Notes under the pieces: model-generated | What the model was told of the DNA's origin: nothing | Database searches by the model: none | Seen by the model: only the letters and a program-made list of their open reading frames with translations | Part shown: positions 19,409 through 28,154 of the stretch, piece after piece | Numbering within the stretch: the first letter of the stretch is position 1 | Layout: each line of letters starts with the position of its first letter | Assembly (NCBI GenBank): GCA_025699765.1 | Contig: GCA_025699765.1_4134.1 | Direction: 5' to 3' (one strand) | DNA from: a phage | Length of the DNA stretch: 47,489 bases | Program-made: the position numbers and the translations under genes

Positions 19409-19422
19409 AATAATTTCTCCAT

Positions 19423-19454
19423 AAAAAAAGGGACTACCCAAAAGGATAGTCCCC
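19423..19454 (-). terminator. Hairpin (gggacta...tagtccc) plus U-run
   Basis: Perfect 7-bp stem with an A7 run on the plus strand, between the two decoration paralogs. Confidence 0.45.
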
Positions 19455-19468
19455 ATATTAAACTCTAA

Positions 19469-19945
19469 TTACAGTTGATGCAACTGAACTTCTACGAGCT
19501 TGATATCTTTGTATTTAGTCCAACCGCCTGCGTAGGTCCAGGTAGTTTCGATCGCGCCATCAGATTTCTCTTGACCATCAACGTCAAGTTTTACGGCGGT
19601 TCCGAAAGTTGGTGCTTTGGTGGATTTGGAAAGCATCCATACTCGGCCTGAAGTCATCACGTTGATTGCGCCGCCATTTTCGTAAACCATCTGATTTTGA
19701 TCATTAACAGTCTGCCAGTGAGATCGAATAGCTACACCGTACGGAGTGGTTCCGGTAGTAAGAGCCTTAACCAACTTATGACCATCAACCGCCTGAGCTT
19801 GAACGACTTGTACGGCAGAGCCAACAAAAACATCACCTTCGTTAACGACACAAGCGCCGTCAATGTTGTGCTTGGAAGTGTCTGCAACCATACCCGGAAG
19901 GGCGATCGCCATATCGCGCTGATAAGATGCGTTAATTTGTGCCAT
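19469..19945 (-). CDS. Capsid decoration/cement protein (short paralog)
   Basis: 158 aa; paralogous to the N-terminal domain of the next gene; immediately downstream of the scaffold gene. Confidence 0.6.
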   Translation of the reverse strand: MAQINASYQRDMAIALPGMVADTSKHNIDGACVVNEGDVFVGSAVQVVQAQAVDGHKLVKALTTGTTPYGVAIRSHWQTVNDQNQMVYENGGAINVMTSGRVWMLSKSTKAPTFGTAVKLDVDGQEKSDGAIETTWTYAGGWTKYKDIKLVEVQLHQL

Positions 19946-19956
19946 GATATTTCCCC

Positions 19957-21069
19957 TTACATTACTTTGCTTAAACGTGAATTTGGCGTAACAGGCGCGG
20001 CGTCGTTTTTCTCTTCCGGCTTACCGCCTTCGATAGAGTCGCCTTTTACTGCTTTACGCTGAATAGCCATGATATCAGAATCTTTAGCAACATCAAACAT
20101 AGCGTCTATATATGCATCAGATTTTTCGCTCACATCTTTGTTCAGCATTGCTTTGACGACTGCGACCTTAACGTCTTTGATTTCAAGGCCATCATGCTTA
20201 ACGCCTGCGGTTTCTGCCACTGCGGTAACTTCTGCACGTGCTGCGGCGTCAGCTTTCTGCTTCTCTACTTCTGCTTTTACCAGTTCAGGGATAGAATCAA
20301 CCTTAACCTTAAGAGCGTCGCGTTCAGCTTCGAAGCCATCAGCTTTCCCCTGAATGGCGGCAATCTGTGCGGTTAATTTTTCGATATGGTTAGCAACGTC
20401 TTCGGTTACTTCCACATCAACGGAGTCGATCTTGATTTTTTTCATTTGCTTGTCCTCGTTAGTTAATTGAACGTTATTATCATACGGAAATTCCTGTTCA
20501 GCATCAAGGTTTAATTTAGCAATTCCAGCACGACCCTTGAAAACTAGTGCGATATGGTTGACCTTGATATTAGTCTGTACCGCGTCAAATTTCACCCAGC
20601 CTTCCGGCGGCGCTTCATCCTGCTTCATATCCTCTTCGAAGATATATTCTCCAGTCTCGTTTGAACCCCAGCCTGGCTTATCAATATCTACCGACGTGTA
20701 CCCTACAGATAATTCCCCGGCCTCCTTCGCTTTAGCTTTGCTGATCGCGTAGTCGCTGTAAATACTCAAAGGAACTTCAACGCCAACCCCTGAAGCAATA
20801 CCAGCGCCAGCGCACGATCCCACAACAACATCCTTAGCATTTTGGGGAGTTACCGTTACGTGACCTACTGTAATCGGCTTGCCTGCAAAACTTTGCAATG
20901 AATCTTGCTTGAAAACTTCTGACGCCGGACGGAACTCAACGCGATCGCCGTGTGGCGTTTTGTAAACCTGAGCGCCGATTCGCGCCACGATTGGGCGATC
21001 AACCAAAAAACCATTATCATCAAAGTGTGCCTTGATTTTTACAGAATCGAATCTTTGCTTTGCCTTCAT
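19957..21069 (-). CDS. Scaffolding protein (possibly with N-terminal protease-like domain)
   Basis: C-terminal half is Ala/Glu/Lys-rich coiled coil, typical of scaffolds; sits between the head-morphogenesis and decoration genes. Start refined to MKAKQRF with GGAG site. Confidence 0.55.
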   Translation of the reverse strand: MKAKQRFDSVKIKAHFDDNGFLVDRPIVARIGAQVYKTPHGDRVEFRPASEVFKQDSLQSFAGKPITVGHVTVTPQNAKDVVVGSCAGAGIASGVGVEVPLSIYSDYAISKAKAKEAGELSVGYTSVDIDKPGWGSNETGEYIFEEDMKQDEAPPEGWVKFDAVQTNIKVNHIALVFKGRAGIAKLNLDAEQEFPYDNNVQLTNEDKQMKKIKIDSVDVEVTEDVANHIEKLTAQIAAIQGKADGFEAERDALKVKVDSIPELVKAEVEKQKADAAARAEVTAVAETAGVKHDGLEIKDVKVAVVKAMLNKDVSEKSDAYIDAMFDVAKDSDIMAIQRKAVKGDSIEGGKPEEKNDAAPVTPNSRLSKVM

Positions 21070-21071
21070 TT

Positions 21072-21833
21072 TTAATCTCCTGTGGAAAAGTCTGGAACAG
21101 CCCAACAACGGCAGTTATATTCTTCACCAGGGAATACGTGATCAGAATCTACCGCTATGCGCTTACCTTCCCATCTTACATGTTTTTCACGTTCGCGTAA
21201 ATCCATCACCCCGCGCCAGAAATAGTAAGAGACACCAGCATCTTTTATGCGTTGGCGCATTAGTCTACTGTTCCATGTTCCGACAATTCCAGACGCTCTA
21301 TTTTTGGCCCAATTACGGTAAATACCAAATCGCTCCTTAGCAAGCTCAACAACAAAATCCTTGCTTTTACCCTGACCGGATGCTGCACGAAGTTTATCAG
21401 TGAAATCAGTAACCATGTTGGCGGCAAATTTCCTGATAGAAGTAGTCACCTGAGATCGCCATAGATTATATTGTCCTGAGTACCAGCTTTCGGCAGCGGT
21501 AGGACCAATCAGGGCAAGTAGCATTACGGCCTGATTCTTCTTCCCTCCAGAGTTGCGAGCGATACGCAACCACTGCTTAGAGTTGAATTTATAGATCGTG
21601 AGCGCAACTGAGGATAGGGAACCGATAATCGGCGCGATGAGCGATTCAACGTAATCAAGCAATGACCTTTCTGCCTGGTCTATCTCTTCGTCGGTAGCAT
21701 CAAATTTCATCGGCTTTAATTCGTCACGCATTTTTTCAGTTAGTTTGGCTGCTACATCCTGTAAGGAGCGCGACATTGCGCGCTCGCTCATTTCAGGATG
21801 GCGCCACTGAGTAGCAACGCCATTAATTTTCAT
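21072..21833 (-). CDS. Head morphogenesis protein (SPP1 gp7 / Mu F-like)
   Basis: Directly downstream of the portal gene with overlapping stop/start; size and position match the minor head protein family. Confidence 0.6.
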   Translation of the reverse strand: MKINGVATQWRHPEMSERAMSRSLQDVAAKLTEKMRDELKPMKFDATDEEIDQAERSLLDYVESLIAPIIGSLSSVALTIYKFNSKQWLRIARNSGGKKNQAVMLLALIGPTAAESWYSGQYNLWRSQVTTSIRKFAANMVTDFTDKLRAASGQGKSKDFVVELAKERFGIYRNWAKNRASGIVGTWNSRLMRQRIKDAGVSYYFWRGVMDLREREKHVRWEGKRIAVDSDHVFPGEEYNCRCWAVPDFSTGD

Positions 21834-23106
21834 CTTCTAACTTCTCCCCCAATCCCGGCTCCGGTTCCGTTGTTTCTTCCGGTTCGCGAATATTGATGTT
21901 ATTACCGTCCTTGAGTTTAAACTCAGGAGCGATAGAGCGCAACGTATCGCGAGCCTCTTCCAGATCGATGATTTGCTCAGTGATGGCTTTCGTCACTGAA
22001 TCAACGTTATTCTTCGTGATCTCTGATTCCTCTTTCTTGCTCGGAACAGATAAAGGCTCAAACTCGATCGACCACTCTTGCTCGTCAACAATGAACGGCA
22101 ACAAGAACTCAAGAAGCGGCCTGTAATCTTCCTCACGCTTACGATCGACTAACTTATAGAAAGTCTCAAGCGCTGTGTTTTGGCTCGCTGATACGCCGCC
22201 TACGTTCTTATTTTTGATGATAATCTCATGAATCCCGGAAAGGGAAACAATACGATCCATCTTGCTTGATAAGAACTCAGGTACTCCGCTGATATCAGAG
22301 TTTAGAACATCGTATTCTTCCGTCTCAGCATCGATACCGATCGCGCGGCCTACGCCGGAGTTATCATCAACCTGAGCAAGTCGCAGGCGCGCAGCATACT
22401 GAGCATCGTCATCATCGCACATTTCGGCAAGACCTTTGACCTTCCATACCGCCTGTTGCTTACGCCGCAGAATCTGAGTCGCAAGTGATTCGCAATAGTC
22501 GTAGTCGCAGATTGCATCAATCAGTGACTTATTCAAAACGGAAGCACCCCACCCCTGATTCTGCCTTCGAATCTGAGGGGTAACTCTCTCACCATCAGCA
22601 ATGAAAATTCTCGTGTGGTGGATTAAGTAAGGTTGAACATTGTCGCCTGGCGACACCTTATAGATCTCAGGCTCACCATAGCGAGGCGATCTCGCATTGG
22701 TTACTCTTTTTTCTATTGTAATTGAGAACCTATCGTAAACACGCACACCTTCAAGTTTAGCTCCGGGCTTAACTGGACTGGTTAGCATTCTGTTGTCATT
22801 AATGATTGCTACAATAGCCGCCCCGCCGTATAGTCGCGCCCAGCAAAGAACATCAACCAAGCTAGGATCAATTTTGTAACTATCCCACAGAGATTTGAAC
22901 TCTTTTTCATCCTTAACGCCTGAAATTTTAAACCCAGCCGTCACCATTTCTTCTGGTATCACATCTACAATTCGCTTTGCTGTGGCGTTATCGTTATAGA
23001 AAGATCCTACGTGATATGATGCGTCTGACATAAAGAATGGCTTTGGTGAACCGTCCGCGCCGCCGTTAAAGATATCGTTATATCCATCATGTTTAACAAT
23101 TTTCAT
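21823..23106 (-). CDS. Portal protein
   Basis: About 427 aa immediately downstream of the terminase large subunit. Start refined to MKIVKHDGY with GGAGG site; the track ORF starts 51 nt upstream, inside the terminator. Confidence 0.85.
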   Translation of the reverse strand: MKIVKHDGYNDIFNGGADGSPKPFFMSDASYHVGSFYNDNATAKRIVDVIPEEMVTAGFKISGVKDEKEFKSLWDSYKIDPSLVDVLCWARLYGGAAIVAIINDNRMLTSPVKPGAKLEGVRVYDRFSITIEKRVTNARSPRYGEPEIYKVSPGDNVQPYLIHHTRIFIADGERVTPQIRRQNQGWGASVLNKSLIDAICDYDYCESLATQILRRKQQAVWKVKGLAEMCDDDDAQYAARLRLAQVDDNSGVGRAIGIDAETEEYDVLNSDISGVPEFLSSKMDRIVSLSGIHEIIIKNKNVGGVSASQNTALETFYKLVDRKREEDYRPLLEFLLPFIVDEQEWSIEFEPLSVPSKKEESEITKNNVDSVTKAITEQIIDLEEARDTLRSIAPEFKLKDGNNINIREPEETTEPEPGLGEKLEDEN

Positions 23107-23116
23107 GTTTCCTCCA

Positions 23117-23142
23117 ATAAAAAAGGCCGTCAATTGACAGCC
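23117..23142 (-). terminator. Hairpin plus U-run between terminase and portal genes
   Basis: ggccgtcaattgacagcc imperfect palindrome with an A8 run on the plus strand. Confidence 0.4.
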
Positions 23143-23157
23143 TTGATTATATCTCAT

Positions 23158-24729
23158 TTATTGCCGCTTAACCATCCCGGCAAGTCGCTTCATTCTCTCG
23201 ATAGGATCGTCAATAGTCAGCAATTCAATGTTCGCCGCATCCATGAAGTTATCAACAATGTCATCATGCGGATGTGTGTCATCATATGTGAAAGCGCTAT
23301 GCTCTGCGATGATTTCAGCAAGCATAGGGTGCTCCTCTGGAAGAACTACACGCCCGGCCTTAATAACTGGCTGAGCATCCATCGCTCGGGTAACTTTATC
23401 TTTGTTACGTTGCAATGGTGTAATTGAGATCGGGGTCTTTTTCCTTAAGTTCTGAATCAAGCCCGTTCCGCTCGCTTTATCTTCCACGTAGATTTTGCGA
23501 AGCACGCCCATTGATTTATTGTGCCTCCATGCCTGATTCACAAAGGCGGTAAATTGTTTCTCCATATCAGGCGCTTCCCACTTTCCGCGAATACCGTCGA
23601 TAAAGTAAACCTTATCGTTTTTCTTACCCCACAAACAAAAGACTGTGTAGTCGTTTAGCTCACCCGTCTTCTGAGCGGTATCGGCTGTGATAAAACGGTA
23701 ATCATATTTACCAGGATCTGGCTCGTCAGCGTCAAGGCTGCTGCCGTAATAAGTCCACCACTCCGAGTTAAACACGGAGCCACCAAGCGCGATCGGCTTC
23801 TGCTGATACTGAGAGTCAAAGGTGTACTGGTCCGCTTCGCGCAAAGCTAACAGGTCGTGTACACTTTCCTTGCTGGGCCAGAATGAGTAATGCTTAACTC
23901 CATCCAACTCTACATATTCAGACGACAAAACGTCGCGCTCAAAGTAAGGCTGTAACCAGTCAGGGAGCGTCTTTCCGTATTCTTCAGTAACCAGTGCAGG
24001 AATTGAGATCTGATCAAACTCAATACCCATGCCTCCATTCATCATAAACCAGGTCGAATCCTGCGCGTGTAGTCGCTGCTGGATTGCGATAATTGGTGTC
24101 TCGTTATGCATACGACGGGATCGAATGGTGTTTTTCAATAGCATGTGCGTACGCTCACGCTTAACCTTTGAGAACATATCATCAGGCTTGTCGATGTCGT
24201 CGAGCATTACCATACCTGAGAATCCCGGTGTCATGTAGCCACCACGCGAACCAGTAATACGACCGCCAGCCGCTGCGGAGATTAGCTCAAACCAAACCTT
24301 TCCGTCACTATTCAGAACCTGAATCTCTTCGTCTTTAGATGTGCCGAACTTGCAAGGCCATAACTCCTGGAATTCGTTACTGCTGATAATCTCACGAACG
24401 CGCTTACTGTTACGCTTCACCAGGCTGTCGGCAAACGACACGTTAAGGTTACGAATCTTTTTACACTTAAGCATTGCGTACACCGGGAGGTGGATTGAGA
24501 ATATCTCAGTTTTTGATGATCCTGGCGTTACGTTAAAGATGGTGTTACCGCGACGACCCGCAACAATCTCTTCAGCCTCATGACACAAGTAAATATGATG
24601 CCAGTTCATTGAGTATTTTTGCGCCTGCATAATCTGGAACCATGCCCTAATCATTCCAGAAAAGCTTGCCTCAGATATTTTCTTTATAGCCAGCTTCTCA
24701 AGATCGTTTAACTCTTCCCATTGCAACAT
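23158..24729 (-). CDS. Terminase large subunit
   Basis: 523 aa with an N-terminal ATPase region and a C-terminal nuclease-like region containing conserved acidic residues; flanked by the small subunit and portal genes. Confidence 0.9.
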   Translation of the reverse strand: MLQWEELNDLEKLAIKKISEASFSGMIRAWFQIMQAQKYSMNWHHIYLCHEAEEIVAGRRGNTIFNVTPGSSKTEIFSIHLPVYAMLKCKKIRNLNVSFADSLVKRNSKRVREIISSNEFQELWPCKFGTSKDEEIQVLNSDGKVWFELISAAAGGRITGSRGGYMTPGFSGMVMLDDIDKPDDMFSKVKRERTHMLLKNTIRSRRMHNETPIIAIQQRLHAQDSTWFMMNGGMGIEFDQISIPALVTEEYGKTLPDWLQPYFERDVLSSEYVELDGVKHYSFWPSKESVHDLLALREADQYTFDSQYQQKPIALGGSVFNSEWWTYYGSSLDADEPDPGKYDYRFITADTAQKTGELNDYTVFCLWGKKNDKVYFIDGIRGKWEAPDMEKQFTAFVNQAWRHNKSMGVLRKIYVEDKASGTGLIQNLRKKTPISITPLQRNKDKVTRAMDAQPVIKAGRVVLPEEHPMLAEIIAEHSAFTYDDTHPHDDIVDNFMDAANIELLTIDDPIERMKRLAGMVKRQ

Positions 24730-25273
24730 TTTTCAACTCCCCTTCATTAAATGACCTTTCACACAAGTTTTCATGAATTTCTAATTTCGCTTTCGCGTAT
24801 GCTGCTCTACATTCTTCCGGAGTGTCAAAATAACCAATGAATGTTACCTTGCCTTTCCTCTTAATCCTGCAATGCCATCGACCAACCCTTTTCTCAAAAT
24901 ATCCACCAGCAATATCATTGCAATCTCTATTCTGCTGATTCCTCATCGCGTCAGTTTCTTGCAGGTTTTTTACTGCATTGTTTTGTCTGTCACCATCAAT
25001 GTGATCTATTTTTTCAGGCCATACCCCATAATGAAGGAACCACACCACGCGATGAGCAAAAAACCTCCTACCCCTACTACCGCGCTGACCTCTAAAATAA
25101 CCGTCTTTAGTAACCTCCCTGAATGCGACGGAGTTTTCCTTATTCCTATGAAACATGTTCTTAAACCTCAATGATGTAGGTGATGATTCGTCGTAATATA
25201 CGTGCTCCAACAACCACGCCTCATCATCTGCACTTACTTCTCTTGCTAATCCTGTGTTCATAGTCAAACCCAT
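24698..25273 (-). CDS. HNH endonuclease, terminase-associated
   Basis: HNH core (KIDHIDGDRQNNAVKNLQ) plus a Cys/His-containing region; lies between the small and large terminase genes and overlaps the large-subunit start. Confidence 0.7.
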   Translation of the reverse strand: MGLTMNTGLAREVSADDEAWLLEHVYYDESSPTSLRFKNMFHRNKENSVAFREVTKDGYFRGQRGSRGRRFFAHRVVWFLHYGVWPEKIDHIDGDRQNNAVKNLQETDAMRNQQNRDCNDIAGGYFEKRVGRWHCRIKRKGKVTFIGYFDTPEECRAAYAKAKLEIHENLCERSFNEGELKNVAMGRVKRS

Positions 25274-25301
25274 AAAATGTTACCCATCCGTGGGTAAGAT
25301 A

Positions 25302-25826
25302 CTACAGCAATCCAATAACCTTGTCTACCGCGTCCTTCATTGCATCCTCAGTAGTGGCTACTACTGTCGATGCGGAGGCTGCCGAGTTTTCGATGTTGAT
25401 TGAGGCTGGCTTGTCGATTCCGAGATCCTTGCCGATAAATGAGGCGTTAATAACGCCGTTTGCGGCAAGCTGAAATTTTTGCTCGTTGATTACCGATTCC
25501 ACGAACTCCATAACCTCACTGTATTCTTCCTCACGCTTCCACTTAATGATTGCGGCCTCGCTTGCACCGATAAACAGTCGATATCCGGTCCAGGTGAAGA
25601 CGCGCGGCTTATGAACAAGCGATTCATAAACGCCACCCTGAAAGCTGGCTGATTCTGAAGCCTTTATCGCGTTGTCCTCAGCCCATTCGAAATACTTCAC
25701 CGATAGATCGAATAGTTGTTCTGGCGTCATCGCACGGTTCTTCGCAAGAACAGTGCCGAATTTTTTCTTGTATAGCTCTTTGAAATTACCTCCCTGGACT
25801 ACGGGAGCATTCTTAGGTTCGCTCAT
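25302..25826 (-). CDS. Terminase small subunit
   Basis: 174-aa ORF immediately upstream of the HNH/large-subunit pair. Start refined to MSEPKNAP with AAAGAGG site. Confidence 0.6.
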   Translation of the reverse strand: MSEPKNAPVVQGGNFKELYKKKFGTVLAKNRAMTPEQLFDLSVKYFEWAEDNAIKASESASFQGGVYESLVHKPRVFTWTGYRLFIGASEAAIIKWKREEEYSEVMEFVESVINEQKFQLAANGVINASFIGKDLGIDKPASINIENSAASASTVVATTEDAMKDAVDKVIGLL

Positions 25827-25879
25827 AAATCCATCCTCTTTGTTTAACATTTAGTGCTATTTTACCATATTGCAGGCAT

Positions 25880-25901
25880 AAAAAAACCCGCCGAAGCGGG
25901 T
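25880..25901 (-). terminator. Rho-independent terminator (cccgcttcggcggg + U7)
   Basis: GC hairpin with an A7 run on the plus strand, separating the early operon from the terminase genes. Confidence 0.5.
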
Positions 25902-25910
25902 TAGTATTTA

Positions 25911-26138
25911 TCACGATAATCGTCGTTTAATGCCTTTGGGGTGGGTCTGAGCTTCAGAGTAGCAGTGAGCAAGGTCGCCAGTCATTTCCCATTGGTCCTT
26001 CTTAGGTGAGTAGGTCAGCCATACACCAGTTTTATTCTTCGCGTCCATCGCAATTCCTGCCGCCGCAAGTGCGAACCCAGCATACAAACCAGCACCAAAA
26101 ATAACGATACCAGCGATAATCAATAAAAAAATGGTCAT
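25911..26138 (-). CDS. Small membrane protein
   Basis: 75 aa with an N-terminal hydrophobic helix (IFLLIIAGIVIFGAGLYAGFALAAAGIAM) and a charged C-terminal tail. Confidence 0.5.
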   Translation of the reverse strand: MTIFLLIIAGIVIFGAGLYAGFALAAAGIAMDAKNKTGVWLTYSPKKDQWEMTGDLAHCYSEAQTHPKGIKRRLS

Positions 26139-26139
26139 G

Positions 26140-26325
26140 TTAAATCTCCTTGATTAATTCAATATTTATTTTGTGAGTGTCAAGGTTGGCGCCGGAAAGT
26201 TTTTTCGCTTTCGTGATGGCCTCTTCCTGACTGGTTGCTGATAATTCAGCCTCGAAAGATTGTTTGCACGACTGGCAAAACATTCCCATCTTTCGAATAA
26301 TTAATTTAACTTTGAATCGCTTCAT
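26140..26325 (-). CDS. Hypothetical protein, 61 aa
   Basis: ORF starting 2 nt after the next gene's stop; contains a single CxxC. Confidence 0.4.
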   Translation of the reverse strand: MKRFKVKLIIRKMGMFCQSCKQSFEAELSATSQEEAITKAKKLSGANLDTHKINIELIKEI

Positions 26326-26467
26326 CTTCCTGCGCCTTAATCATAACGCCAGCAATGCGACCAATAACAGCCTCGCCAGGATTTAATCGCTTTTTATAAC
26401 GAGTGGTTTCACCGTTGCGAGTTACTTTAATTTCAATTTTTACTGATTCGTCTTTATTGTTTTGCAT
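26306..26467 (-). CDS. Hypothetical small protein, 53 aa (below the ORF-track cutoff)
   Basis: Hand translation: MQNNKDESVKIEIKVTRNGETTRYKKRLNPGEAVIGRIAGVMIKAQEDEAIQS. AAGAGG-type site upstream; overlaps the next gene's start by about 20 nt. Confidence 0.35.
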   Translation of the reverse strand: MQNNKDESVKIEIKVTRNGETTRYKKRLNPGEAVIGRIAGVMIKAQEDEAIQS

Positions 26468-26604
26468 TATGCAATCCTCTTGAATTGTTGCCGCTTACGG
26501 GTCTGCGGCGTTGCTTAACCACTATGCAACCGAGCTTGTTAGCTGGAAGTGTGAGAATCATCTCACGCGTTGCGCTTCATTGCGCCTCGTCTGGACACAG
26601 ATAC

Positions 26605-26633
26605 ATAGTACAATTGTTAATTATGTCTGTCAA
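26605..26633 (-). promoter_or_regulatory. Sigma-70-like promoter (minus strand)
   Basis: On the minus strand TTGACA, 17-nt spacer, TACTAT. The leader downstream contains the inverted repeat GTGAGA-tgat-TCTCAC. Confidence 0.35.
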
Positions 26634-27115
26634 CTGATTCCGTGATTTTTATGAAACCCATTAACAATTCTAAACCTCATGGCGGCATCTCCAGCGTCTT
26701 TAGCGTTATGAAATCTTCCTACAGTATGAGTGACTCCATTAATCTTAACTTTAGCTATGAATTTACCACTCACAGTATCTAGGTGAACTCCGCAGAATCC
26801 TGTTTTATTAGATTTCTTTAACTTGACGTTTTTCATATTTTTAGAATGAGAAACTATCCTTAAATTATCAATCCTGTTATCTGCTTTGTCGTGATTTATG
26901 TGATCTACCTCCATCCCTTCCGGTATAGATCCAAAATGAATAATCCATGCCACACGGTGAGCCAACCATTGCTCATTACCTAAACTTAACTTTATGTACC
27001 CGTTCTTAAATTTTGTGGTGTTCTCCTTTCTGTTCCACCTGTTTAATATAACTCCAGTTTTTGGATTGTATATGTACAATGAATTAAAATATGATTGACT
27101 AGTCATTTGCCTCAA
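26630..27115 (-). CDS. HNH homing endonuclease with AP2-like domain
   Basis: HNH core (EVDHINHDKADNRIDNLRIVSHSKN) followed by an AP2-type segment (TGFCGVHLDTVSGKFIAKVKINGVTHTVGRFHNAKDAGDAA). Confidence 0.8.
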   Translation of the reverse strand: MRQMTSQSYFNSLYIYNPKTGVILNRWNRKENTTKFKNGYIKLSLGNEQWLAHRVAWIIHFGSIPEGMEVDHINHDKADNRIDNLRIVSHSKNMKNVKLKKSNKTGFCGVHLDTVSGKFIAKVKINGVTHTVGRFHNAKDAGDAAMRFRIVNGFHKNHGIS

Positions 27116-27302
27116 ACCCTCCTAAATTCATATCCTGCGGGTAATCAATCTCATGCAAGTTTCCATCGTCGCCGTACACATATACGAGTCTCTTTGCTTT
27201 ACTAACCTTTTCCACATCGTAAGAGCAACCAGCAGAGAAAGTCTCGCCATTGCGTGACGTTACGCATCGAACCTGATCGCCTTTCTTTGGTAAATTAGCC
27301 AT
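27099..27302 (-). CDS. Hypothetical protein, 67 aa
   Basis: Tightly packed ORF in the early operon with overlapping start/stop. Confidence 0.45.
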   Translation of the reverse strand: MANLPKKGDQVRCVTSRNGETFSAGCSYDVEKVSKAKRLVYVYGDDGNLHEIDYPQDMNLGGFEAND

Positions 27303-27532
27303 TATTCGTAATCCCCTTCTTTGTTACCTACGCGCCCGGCAATATACCCGGCAGTCCAGACAAATTTGTAGCGATCGATTAGTAATTCGACCTTTTTGTG
27401 GTGAGCAGAAATAACGTCAATCATGATCTTGTCGTTTTTCCGATCTTCTTTTTTCATGCCACTGACGAATTTATTTAATTCCTTCGCCGCGCGCTTTACC
27501 ACGTTCCATTCCGCTTCACTTAAACCGAACAT
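27302..27532 (-). CDS. Hypothetical protein, 76 aa
   Basis: ORF in the operon with start/stop overlap to its neighbours. Confidence 0.45.
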   Translation of the reverse strand: MFGLSEAEWNVVKRAAKELNKFVSGMKKEDRKNDKIMIDVISAHHKKVELLIDRYKFVWTAGYIAGRVGNKEGDYE

Positions 27533-27876
27533 TATTTACCTCTCCCAAATGAAAAATTAGCACCTAAAACCTGATTGCAAACTGATTCCATGTATCGCAA
27601 CTGATATTGAGCAACCTTTGAAGGACTTAATTCATCGGTAAATAAATCCTCAACGTTGATTTCTTTTTTATGCTTGCGCTTCCATGCATTGATGATATTT
27701 GGCAAGATGCGCTCGCTCTTCCAGGCTGCAAACTCAGATTGATTCGTTGATGCTGGGGTAAGCTGCCTTTCGATCTGGTTAAGAAGTTCAGCGGTAGCGC
27801 ATTTGATGTGTAACTGGTCGCCGATCGTATCCAGGATTTCACGAGCTTGCTTCTCTGACAGGTTAATCGTAATCAT
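27532..27876 (-). CDS. Hypothetical protein, 114 aa
   Basis: ORF in the operon; the antisense-frame ORF at 27627-27842 is rejected. Confidence 0.5.
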   Translation of the reverse strand: MITINLSEKQAREILDTIGDQLHIKCATAELLNQIERQLTPASTNQSEFAAWKSERILPNIINAWKRKHKKEINVEDLFTDELSPSKVAQYQLRYMESVCNQVLGANFSFGRGK

Positions 27877-28082
27877 GCCTCTTCTCCATCTTCCTCGATC
27901 GGGGTAAAAAACTGCGTGTTAACTGCCGGATTGTAATAAACTCCTTCTTCATAGTCGCTTTCTTTCACTTCAATGAAAACGTCGCAACCGTCATGCATGA
28001 AATCACCGTTGTCAGTATGAACCAGTTCGAATACCTCGGAAGTTTTAGTGCAAGTAAAAAACTTATCAGTTGATACCATCAT
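27873..28082 (-). CDS. Hypothetical acidic protein, 69 aa
   Basis: First ORF downstream of a palindrome-bearing promoter region. Confidence 0.45.
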   Translation of the reverse strand: MMVSTDKFFTCTKTSEVFELVHTDNGDFMHDGCDVFIEVKESDYEEGVYYNPAVNTQFFTPIEEDGEEA

Positions 28083-28154
28083 TTTGATTTTCTCTCTTCG
28101 TTGTCGATGAGGTAACTATATCAAATCACCCCATCGACGTTTTAGCAATTCGTG

